The notes beneath the pieces were generated by a model. The model was not told the origin of the DNA. It worked only from the letters and a program-made list of their open reading frames with translations, and ran no database searches. From Paragordius varius (Eukaryota > Animalia > Nematomorpha): 64,000 bases of DNA. The translations under genes were made by a program, and so were the position numbers. This document shows positions 53,101 through 64,000 of the stretch, piece by piece; the first letter of the stretch is position 1, and each line of letters opens with the position of its first letter. The stretch covers positions 5,270,001 through 5,334,000 of the forward strand of contig OZ176052.1 in the NCBI GenBank assembly GCA_964247055.1, written 5' to 3'.

Positions 53101-56100
53101 AATAGGTGTCTCCCTAATCAATTAATATATGAGAGTTTAAAATAATTTTTAGAACCCAAAATACAGAGCACATAACGTAAGGCTTAATTGGTAGTTGGTA
53201 AATAAATGCAATATTGATTTTAAATAACATTTTGATGGTTTTTGTCAACCTCTTTTAGAGAATGTTTAAATATTTTCCTTATAATTAAATGTCAATCGTG
53301 TTATAATTCGGAAATCATTGCAATTTTTATGAACCACTCTTGTTAATAGTCTCCGGTGCTTAGCTATGGCCCCCTGCAATATAGCATAAAAAATAAAAGT
53401 TTTCGGTTATTGTTAGTTAATAACTTAGAAAAATGTTTAGCACGCCATAACCATTATTTAAGCTTAAGCTTAATAGAGGGCCTGTAAGTGCTGCCTCTTC
53501 TTAAAAGGTAATATCCAATTAAATCTTTTCGTAATAGTTAATCATAGAATAAAGGGCATAATCGTTAAGAAGCGTATAAATATTTAAATGTCCTAATATC
53601 ATCATTCCCAGAAATCGAGAATTAGTTTATTTCTATTATGAATAAAATATGGATGTTTATAAATTTTCCTATGGAACTATTAATCCATTATAATTAAATT
53701 ATTGAGATAATCCATGTTTGTCCATGGAGCATAAATCTAGCTATGTTTAAATAAAAGTTGTTTGTTTCCTTATTAAGACAATAAATTTGAAAAATTGTTT
53801 TATTTTATCGTCTATACGTACATCTAAAATTTGTATTACACCAAAATATGTTTCTTTAAATATATAAATATAAGTATTTTTCTTAACATCCCGATTTCAA
53901 AATTATTTGTAACATTAATAATTTTTAATGATTTTAAATTTTAGGAATTAGTGGAAAAAGTTTTTTAGAAAGTATAAATGTTGATCAGGGTGTAAGCCCT
54001 TGCAATGATTTTCATGCATATGCTTGCGGTGATTGGGAAAAATCGAATGCGAAATTAGTCAATTCTACTCACAACAAATATGATGGGTACGAATCTTTAA
54101 CAAGACAAAACGTGGATAATTTCGTTAAGCATCTTGGTATATTTATATTACATGATTTAATCTGATTTTCATCTATTTTTTTAAAAAAATTAGATTAACT
54201 TAGCTAATTGTTAGAGCAATCTTACTTCAATTTCATTGTTTTAGAGGTCACACATTAACTTAAAATTAAACTATATTTTTAAGCATAAAAAAGATAGAAT
54301 CGAACACCCGCAAGATCAATTCTATTTATTAAAGGAAATTGACTTTTAGGTTTTCTAAATTTGTCCCTGTTTTTGGTTATGACAAGGGGAAATACTATAT
54401 TTAACATACTTTCTATTGTTTTTTATACAAATAGACAGATTAAGACTCAACCAATCCCAACCAAAATATATGAGAGATGCGCTCAACTATTATAAGAGTT
54501 GTATGCTATATGATAGTACAATCACTTCAAACACCACAATATATCATTTGAGTCAAGACACTGTTTATGGATTATGTGTAGATCATTTGATGTTGAAACA
54601 CTTTGATAATTTTACACAATGCCTTGACTCAGTCTTTTCAAAATATATTCTTTATCGTACGACCAATAATAGCGGGCTAGCAAAAAACATATCCCAAAAT
54701 TATCCAAACCTCATTAAAACATTGGATAATCTTATATGGACTTCATTCTTTGGTGTAACAAAAAGTATGGATGCTGGATCTTATGCCCTTTCGGTTATAC
54801 CTGGTAACACACTGTTACAAGACATAGCATATGAAAATCAAACTCTTTACACATCTTATCAAAATTATGTTAGAGAGGCTCTGGTTGAATTAGCGAATGT
54901 TACCGATTATGAGATCAGTGATGTATTATTGTTCGAAAAAGAGTTCTTAACAAAGGTATTTTTTAAGAAATAAAAATAAATAATTTCAAACGATGATCAA
55001 TAATCATATTTTTATAAATCAAAAGGGAAAAACAATCGAAGCACGGGTAGGAAATCTCGTCTCTAAACCCCTTTGCCAAAATGTTCCCAATCCTTCAGCA
55101 ATTTCAACAATGTCATGTTTGGATGTATTGTATCCATTGGTAATTAACTTTATATTTACATTGTTTTCGATTTTAACTCTCGAATCCTTAATTATTATTA
55201 CACACGTAAATTTTTTAAAATGTGCTATTTAGGTAAATTGGACCACTCAAATAACTGCTCTTTTTTCGGAAGCTGGTGAAGTAATTAAACCCGACACAAA
55301 AATATTAGTGCCACAAGCTTACTTAAATTTCTTGGAAGATAATTTGCCAAATCTGTTAAATGTTTACACATTAAGGTGGTAATTTATTTCAACGTCAAAA
55401 ATTAATACTTATCCATATATTTTTTAAATATTAACCACAATACATATTTTAAAATAAAAGCCTCCTCCTATGTTTTAAAAATATTATAAACTATTAACGG
55501 CATAAAATGAAAAATAAATCCATTTTTGTGCGAAAGTGTACAAAAAAGCTTTTCCTTATAATATAATAGACGATAGCTAACTACTGATTGGCTAAAAACG
55601 TCTAACAAATTTGAAATTTTTATCGTTAATTCTAATATTATAAATTAGTATGAGGCAGATTAAGTTTATCTTTCAAAAAAAGATTATTTGACGCTATTCT
55701 TAATATGTTTTATATTATTGTATTGTTGCAACAAGAAATATAAAAATCGGTTTAAATGAAACTTATATAATGATATTGGATAGAATTTTAAAAATCATAT
55801 TTTCCAAAAGTGTTAAAGGGGATAATATAATAGCCACATAGAGAGCTTGATTATGTCAAAAAAGATACACAACTATAATTTATAATAAATATACTTGATA
55901 AATACTCTAAAATCCATAAAATTCGGGCCATAAAAATTTTATATGATAAATACATTTGAATGATAAATTTCTAGGGATTCCATGGTGCTTTTTGTTTCGG
56001 GACTTAGGAGTCATAGAAAAACGTTAGTGCCAATTTTGCGATTTCGCCATATCGAATCGCACCATAATTTCATATTGCGCTAACAAAAAATTTTGGTGAA

Positions 56101-57047
56101 AGCTGATTGCTACCAAATTATTGAAATATATTTTAAATTTAATTTGAAAATCAAAACAATTATAACAAACTCCAATTTTATATGTGAGCTCGCTAAGTCT
56201 CCATTTTGCACTCTCCTAAAATGGGTTAGTTAAAATGATCGAAATGAGTCCGTATTTTGAAAAAAGCAGGTTTTGTAGAAATAAATCAAGTTAAACCTTT
56301 TAATTAGGTGATAGAAAAGTTCTTTACGTCACAAATTAAAATATCTTAAAGTGGTTTTCTACTGCTTACATCATGCTTCATCTCGTTTTTTTAAAATATT
56401 TTTTTCAATGTTTCAATATACTACATAAAAATAATTATTACCCAACTAGATCATTTGCGGTTTATGGCAGAAACTATTTTAGCGAGGTCCAAATCATTAC
56501 ATATAAATCGAATTATCGTTTCTCCTTTTAAACAGATTTTATAATATATTTAAATAAATTTCTTGGGATTTTACCAAAAAAACTTATTTAACTTAATGTG
56601 CGATGATTTTACGATCTTTCTCTATGAATAGATTAGCCTAAAAGTGGAGTATTTTCCAATGATTCGTAAAACCCAAAACCAAGATCTAGATGAGAATCTG
56701 ATACATTTTGTTAAAATATGTATATCACAAGGATATTTTTTGATGTGTACCGTTTTATTTTTTTGACGTATAACTTACCTTAAGTGTTAAATTTGTTACT
56801 TCAATATTATACGGGTTCTGCTAAACTTGTACGAAAAATGATGTATCAAACAAAGTAAGGCTTAATAATAGAAAGGGTTGGTATTGTATTCGAACAATAA
56901 AGGTGTGAATTTGTGTGAGTTTGAACCTTATTATTAATTTTGACTTAATTTGGAGTGATATATACCATAAAATATGTTATTCTATTTGAGATTATATTAC
57001 GATTATGCCTATATAAATTTACATTTAAATTTTATACTTTTAAATAA

Positions 57048-57123
<76 letters not shown>

Positions 57124-60100
57124 AGAACATTGGCGCATTATCAAATCCTAAAAATCATGACTCAAACACCTTTCTTTTTATCTCAGCGAATACTTTCATT
57201 GCGATACAATGTAACACAATATCTACCAAACCCTAATTACGTTAGGGGTCCAAATTTTTGCATAAATTCTGCCAACGCCTTTATTCCACGAAGTATGGAA
57301 GTTTTATACATGCAGAGTCTAAACACAAATGAGTTAATCGCAAAGGTTCGATTATAAATATATATATTTATATATATTTGTAGAAAAATAATTTATTTCT
57401 GGTAACATTATGAGAAGCCATTGGCAGCGGTATATGAATGTTTTTTCCATAAAAATCCATAAATTTCATATACTAAGTTTGTTCTTACATACTTCGATAT
57501 TATATTTTAATACGCTTTTTAGTAAATTACCCCTTTCCATAAGATTTCAATTTAAAACACTAGGCAACAAATTTTGACTTTTTAAGTGCCATTTTTGTAA
57601 ATTAAAATTTATTTCATTACAGTACATAAATAGTATATCTGTAAAGAAAATTGGTCTAACACCTAAGACTTCTTTTATATTAGAGTTTATCGATAATTTT
57701 TGGCCCCGATTTAACATTAAACTCGAAATTTTTCAAAAGATTTTTAGATATAGAGTCATGTATTTTATATCATTCGAAAGAGCGTAAGAAACCGAATCTT
57801 TCGAATGGTAGATGTAAAAGCTATTCAGCTTTATAGGGACAAAATATTCAACCCATATATAAGTCAAAAATTTTTACAAAAGATCCAATTTAAAAATGAT
57901 ATAAATTATTTTGTAGGGTGATATAAATAAGTAATTTGAATAATTTTTGAAAAAGCTTTTGCTTTGCTTTTTTTAATAATCGCTATATCAAAATTATTTA
58001 CTTAGTGGATACTAAAATGCATAGTTATAACTGTAATTTTATTACATAATGCATATAAAAGATCAAGAATGCTTTAAACTTTATTTCTAGTCTTTTTTAA
58101 TATGATAACCCTTCTAAAGAAAATAATTAATATTAATGAGATGGTACTAAAAAATTAAAAAACCAAAAATGTATTTTAAACATAAACAATAATTCAGTGT
58201 TTTTATCAAAAAACTTGTGTTATTTTTTTAGATATTCATTGCCATTTATACAAAGTTTGAGCTAATTTTATCCATTGATTTTAATTTTATTGACAAAAAC
58301 GCTCCCCTTTGCGGGTTAGTCGCTTCCCATCTCCAATAACTATCTATGTAGAACAAATCATTGTGTATTTAATGAGTTTTCAATACTTTTCCGAACGAGA
58401 TTTTACAAATGGGCATTTGTATATTTTAAAAAGGAATATTTTATAATTTTGATAAAGAGGATCATAATCATAAAAAATCAAATGACATAAAATAGGTAGA
58501 TCATAATTTTCAATTCGGATTTACTGTTATGATAGTTAATATAAAAAAATGGAAAAAAACTCGAGTGGCAGAAAAATTTGTGGACTAGTGTAATATATTT
58601 GATTACAAAAACAACGGTGAATATTTTATGAGATTTTCAAATTTTATAAGTTGAAAAATATGTTGTCTAATGTAATGAATTCCATGAGTGGTCAATCCTC
58701 TACACATTATATATTTATATCTTGTCCTCAAAAATGACATGATTGCTATACGCCGATTTGTACTATGAATACACGTGGCCTCTTCACTTCTATCCTTTTT
58801 CGTAACGTATCCAAAAATATTGCGCACCCTCAACAATCTCTACATACGTTAAATATAAACTAAAACATGTTGAAAGAAATTATTATAAATACTTCCACAT
58901 TAAAGTATTAAATTAATATTTATTAATATTTGAATCGTTAATTGGATTGCTATTTTTTATTATACACATTAGTTGAAATATATATTCTGATAGGAAGATG
59001 TATCAGATTTATTATAGTGCTTTTGGTTTTTCTTATAGAAATGGCAAAATTTGCGCACATTTTTTTCTATAAACTTTTTTTTGATGAAAGCTAAATGCTT
59101 CTTTCCAAAAACGATCTCTAAAATATATTAAAAACTCCCTAAAAAAGCAAAACAATAGTTTTAAAATTTTAATTTTTAGGTGTAAGCCCCGAAGTCCCAA
59201 TTGCTCTTCCAAAATTAGCTAAATCCCTTAAAATAAACGCAAAAATGTCGAGATTGCGCGATAAAAATTTAAATATATTTGACATAAAAAAATATAAAAA
59301 TGCAAACTTTTTTCAAAAATTTTAATGATGATGCTAAACATTTTTATCACCTCAGATTAAAATATTAATTTATGTTAAATTTAAATTGAATTTTTTACAA
59401 AATGTAAAATTTTATAGTAAACCAACCTTTAATTTAAATTTCCTAATCGAGAGAAATGTTAAGCATCATTTAATTATATGGAAAAAGTTTTTATACTTAA
59501 AGCTATTTTATACCATTTCCATCATGCCACAAAACAGAATGATGTACGCTCCAACAAAATTTTGCTAAAATTTAAATTTTTGTAAAAAGTGTGCATTTTC
59601 TAAAAATATTTTTTTGATGTCAAAATTGCATATATATTTAAAATTTAATCGCTCAATCCCGGCATTTTTGCGTTTATTTTAAGAGAACTTAGCTCATTGC
59701 AAAGTTTAGACTTGGAGCTAACATCTAAAAATTTTTTTTATATTCTATTGCTTTTTATAGGGAGTTTTTGATATATTTTAGTGATATTTTGCAACAAAAG
59801 TGTAAATAACTTTCTTATATTAGTCGAGGCTCTAAACCAAAAGCACCATGATAACCCTGATACATTTTCTTATCAAAATATATATATTTTATCACGTTAT
59901 TTTTTATACCCCCCGATTTTGGACGCTGTGTTTAGGCACAGTCATTTTTTAAATTTTACTGTGATTAATGTAAAACCTTTTTTAGATAACACCTATAACC
60001 CGAGAATTGATCCAAGCCTCAAAGAATTTTATTAATGACTCATTATGGTTGGATAATTTGACAAAAGCCACTATTATAAAAAAAGTATAATTATATGTAT

Positions 60101-63100
60101 ATGCAGAATGAGATTTATTACCTTAAATACAATCTAATTTACAAGATTTATTATGCTTGTTAAAAAGTATTTTGCCATATTATATACAGCTTGACACCAT
60201 AAAATTCAATTTTGCTACAAACTTTTATTTGAATCATACTGCAAACGAATTGATTTATGAGAGATTGCATGGCACTTCCACAGTTAAGCCGATTGGTTCT
60301 AAAGATTTTCTCACAACGTTTTTCGTCATGTCAAAAGATCTTAAAAAACCTAGCCCACAAACACAGTAATTCATTTACTAATTGAACTTTACCATATAGT
60401 AATAATTTATTAAAAATAAACTATTAGCTTTTTGGCGTTGAAACCAATTTTTATTTTATTCAAAATCGGGTATATAAGTTTTTGATATATCAGGTGTGGT
60501 GCACAATTAAATTTTGCTGGTTGTAACAAAAGATTGTTAATTACCTGTCAAAATGAAAGATAAAAGAACCGAATCTCTTTTAACCTAAAAAATAAAACCG
60601 AAACGGGAAATATTTATCAAAAAATGACTTTGGACGGGAGCGTTCCAATCCCTATAAAATAAGCCAATCAGCAAAATTCATAGGTCATTAATTAGATTTT
60701 TATGAATTTTGGCCCTCCAAATTACGGTCGGATTTAATGTTACACATTTTGGTTAGGAGAAGTTGTATTTAGTTTTTAAACATTGTGTTTAATCATCATT
60801 TGTAATTATCAAATAACACCATGTCACGGGTAAAACTGTCAAGTAGAATTGGTATACGCATATTCTTTTCATGCTCAACTTATTTAATATCAACACTTCT
60901 CAAACTAATGTATGCCAAAAAATAAAGGATACATGTGTTTATAAATATTTATAGGGTTGGACCTGTAACATTATCTAGAATAATTTGAGATATGAACGCG
61001 TATTTCGGCATAAATTATAGGAAAAATATTAATAATACTGTATATTATTATAGACCATTTACCACACAACAATATGAAGCCAATGCCTCTTACCGTTACA
61101 AAGAAAATGATATTGGTAATATAGCATAAAATTTTTATTTTTTTAGGTATAAATTTTGGGATATTTGGACAACCATTTTTTGCTACGAATGATTCCGATG
61201 CCAGGTGATTCTTATAGTTTTATGATAAATAAAATTTACTTTTGTTAAAAGATCTATATATATGTTGTGAACGAAGTTTTTATTTATTTATGACAGGCTC
61301 ATTGTAGCAATGTAGATTGACTGCTTACCTAAATGTGTTCACTCATTTTTTTAGTTTAAACATGCAATGAACTAAGTTTTTTTAGCGAATTTAAAATTAA
61401 AATAATTGTTATAGTTAAGGTTTGGTCAAAGCATACAATGATTGATTTTGTAACTTGCTATTAGAGGTAAAATTTCTGTAAATTTATTTCGCAAAAAAAG
61501 TTTTATATTTCTTTAACAAAAAAGCCTATTATCTAGAAAAAAAATATTATCGAATTTTTAAATGATTAAATATGATGTGCAATTAATTATTTTTAAATAA
61601 GCCGAATACATAATTATCAGTATAAAAAATACTTGCAAACAAAACTAAAAACACAAAATAATGTTTATTATGTCTGAAAATACCATGGCCTCAGCACCGA
61701 AGCAAATACCTTATACGACCGACTCATTTGTATGAGGAGGATTGTTTTTATCTTTTGGATATTTAAAGTTTTTGAGAATCACCTAACCATATTTATAAAT
61801 TTTACAAACTAATCTGGTTTTGGTTCCCTTTTTTAATGGCCTTGTAGGTTCGTGCTTAAACATTTTAACACTTTTGGTTTTTATAGAAATTATATAAAAC
61901 TACCCAATTTTAATCAATTTTTTCCGACCTGCACCAACCGCTAGATATTCACAAACTCTAAAAATCAATATATTCTTTTATTATATTCTTATTTTCCTAT
62001 CATTATTAGTGTTCTCAACTATGGTGCTTTAGGGAGTGTTATTGGGCATGAGATTTTTCATGGAATAGATCTTATTGGTATATATTGGATTTAAAAATTT
62101 TTTGATAGCTAATGAAGTATTAAATGTTTAATAAGATTAATAACTGCTATTTGCTCTGATAAATTTTTAAAACTAAAATATATTATAAGAAAACCTTAGT
62201 AAAAGTAAATCATAAAACATTTTTGAAAGCAAGTAGATTATACTCGTTAACCGTATTCGTCGATTCGTTCGGTTTTAGATTTAAAAAAATTTTCTAGTTT
62301 CATAAAAAATGAAATAAATTCAATTTGCTTTTAATAGGGACAACATGTTTTTAATGACAAACAACTAAATTTTCATAATTAAGTTTCATCAAATCTAAAT
62401 TTTATACCATTAATTTATGAAAAATTCATTTATTGGTTTTTTTAAAATCAGTCAAAATTACATTAATAATTACTTCTTTGTCAGACTCAGTCCTAGTTAT
62501 GGTTTACTCATATTTATAAAATATAATATTTTCTTTATGGCTTATTTTTTTTAAAAAAATTTTTTTCGATTATATTGCTCTAATTTAATCTCATAGTATC
62601 GAAAATATTTCTTATTTTCAAAACTGGATATGATAAAATTTAAATATTAAGTAGTTAATATATTGCTATATTGTTTAACTTTAAAGTTTAAATCATTATA
62701 ATAAGTTCTATTACTATATTTTAAAAATAGGGTTTCCCCTTGATTTTGATGGTAACAATGCGAATTACAGTCAATCTATGTATGATACTTACTTGGAAAA
62801 AATACAATGTTTTTACCGACAATATGAAAATTTTATCGATCATAATATACGGGTATGGAATAATAAGATTCATTTAAATTTTGTTGATATGCCTAACAAT
62901 TTTTGTTCATATTTAGCAAAATGGAATAAATACGGCTAGAGAAAATTTACCCGACATATATGGTTTGAAAGTTGCATACAAGGTATCTTACAAGTTATTT
63001 ATATTTAGGTTTGGTTAGCTTCTGAAAATCGGACGAAAACAAAATTGGAAAAACAAAAGTTTTTGTTAGCTTTTACCCAGGTATAAAAGATTTAAGATGG

Positions 63101-63255
63101 TATAGATTGGTGTCGCCTATAAATTTCGCTTGTATCCATTAATGATTTTACATTTACATTTTACATTTTTATGTTTAGCCTTATTGTGGAGTCAAAACAT
63201 ACGAAAAGAAAATAATGGATAAAGATGGAGATGTCCATTCAGCTCCTAAATTTAG
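47130..63255 (+). CDS. M13 family zinc metallopeptidase B (3'-partial; last exon beyond window); alternative first exons 47130-47172 or 48784-48823
   Basis: Exons 47130-47172 (or 48784-48823), 53945-54136, 54435-54955, 55026-55139, 55233-55375, 57126-57345, 59986-60084, 60190-60365, 61054-61115, 61147-61204, 62010-62077, 62731-62852, 62917-62982, 63009-63080 and 63179-63255, with the same intron phases as paralog A. Motifs SPCNDFHAYACGDW, GHEIFHG, ENLPD and VHSAPKFR. Confidence 0.88.
48784..48823 (+). CDS. Second candidate signal-peptide exon (1b) of M13-B: MLTLFLISILSVS-G
   Basis: ATG, 13 hydrophobic codons plus G, then GTTAATT donor; phase 1 fits exon 53945; paralogous to exon 1a and to M13-A exon 1. 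Confidence 0.65.
48876..52022. mobile_element. Fold-back/long-TIR MITE copy 3, carrying a nested hAT element
   Basis: Left TTCTGATAGGAAAATGTATCAGG and right AAAGCACCATGATAATGCTGATA match the family ends; the hAT insertion splits the right arm. Confidence 0.68.
49868..51944 (+). mobile_element. Decayed hAT transposon (ZMYM1/DUF4371-like transposase remnants)
   Basis: TIR CAGAGGCGTACCGA / TCGGTACGCCACTG (13/14); perfect 8-bp TSD AGTATTTG. Peptide remnants FRGN..SPNLGNLLSLIKLVAWFDPIMEEH, QCYDNAAVMLGHISGVQQRI and ESEARWSAR, broken by stops. Confidence 0.9.
52410..52658. mobile_element. Small hAT MITE
   Basis: CAGAGGCA...TGCCTCTG with perfect 8-bp TSD GTCATCCA; terminus shared with the hAT at 49868. 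Confidence 0.85.
57053..57118. repeat. (TA)n microsatellite abutting the M13-B exon 6 acceptor
   Basis: About 33 TA units ending a few bases before GTTAG|. Confidence 0.9.
57558..58590. mobile_element. CACTA/EnSpm-type MITE, copy 2 (inverted relative to copy 1)
   Basis: AAA|CACTAGGCAACAAATTTT...AAATTTGTGGACTAGTG|TAA; the interior is the reverse complement of 44999-46116. Confidence 0.78.
58981..59884. mobile_element. Fold-back/long-TIR MITE copy 4 (uninterrupted)
   Basis: TATATTCTGATAGGAAGATGTATCAG..TAGTGCTTTTGG versus CCAAAAGCACCATGATAACCCTGATACATTTTCTTATCAAAATATA; long internal inverted symmetry. Confidence 0.72.
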
Positions 63256-64000
63256 GTTAGTAAGGAAATATTTCACAAAAGTAAAATTAACTATTATTTA
63301 TTTGTTCCAGAAGATAAATAAAAGACAACAAACTAAGTCCTACATTTAAAAATGCCAACAATAAATTTTTTTATTAATAACGGAACTCCATTTTGAGTTC
63401 CGAAACTTGTGTATTATTTTTATCGTGTTTCATTATACTTTTATTTTTTATATAAAATTAAAAATATTATTTTATAAATTTTCGTATGGTCGTAATAAAG
63501 TTACTAAATTATGTTTGTCTAAAATTAGTTTTTACAGATTGGCTCCTTAAATTTTTTCTTTAATATCTTGCGATCCAACCTTCGGGAGATGAAGAAAAAT
63601 ATAAGCTTTTAAATTTATAATATGCCAAAACTAGTTGTTATAGATTGTATCCTTACTCTAAAATTATAAATATTTTAGTTATTATTTTATTTAATCAAAA
63701 AAGCTAATGTACTTCTCTATCTCACGCACCGAACGAGTTAATCACATGTTTTTAATGCCAAGAGTTTTGAAACCAGCGCTTAAAACAAAGTGTTTTACAT
63801 TTTGATATGCCATAATAATATTTTTACTTAATTTTATAATTTACTTTTGGTAATACCTCTAAATCCTTATTTTTGCTCAGGAGCATTAGTTTTTAAATAA
63901 TTAAGATATAGAAACCCTTCACAGATATGTATTTTACTATTATTGGTTTTGTATATTTTAATTTTGTTAAAAATTGTAATCCTTGAGTTTATTTTCCTTA

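Noticed and set aside
58603-58836. 77-aa minus-strand ORF in M13-B intron 6 (and similar short AT-rich ORFs elsewhere)
   Set aside because: No motif, no splice-compatible partners, and length expected by chance.

Overview
Very AT-rich eukaryotic genomic DNA that translates in the standard code. A metazoan origin is likely; the 20-36 nt introns suggest a derived parasite lineage such as Myxozoa, but this taxon call is inference only. Host genes: (1) an intronless RNA polymerase III largest subunit (RPC1/POLR3A, minus strand); (2) an unidentified multi-exon gene (minus, ~9.2-12.5 kb) built from phase-compatible exons; (3) a complete 8-exon RAD51 (minus, 328 aa) with two introns of only 20 and 21 nt; (4) two tandem paralogous M13 (neprilysin-like) zinc metallopeptidase genes on the plus strand. 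The first is complete (16 exons, 715 aa). The second lacks its last exon, which lies beyond the window, and has a tandemly duplicated promoter plus signal-peptide exon. Roughly a third of the window (hand tally) is transposon-derived: non-autonomous Helitrons (one array starts 85 bp upstream of RAD51), decayed hAT and mariner transposases, and MITEs with hAT, CACTA, piggyBac-like, Harbinger-like, Tc1-like and fold-back signatures, often nested. No rRNA, tRNA or CRISPR was recognised. All gene models and element boundaries were derived by hand, and no database search was run.
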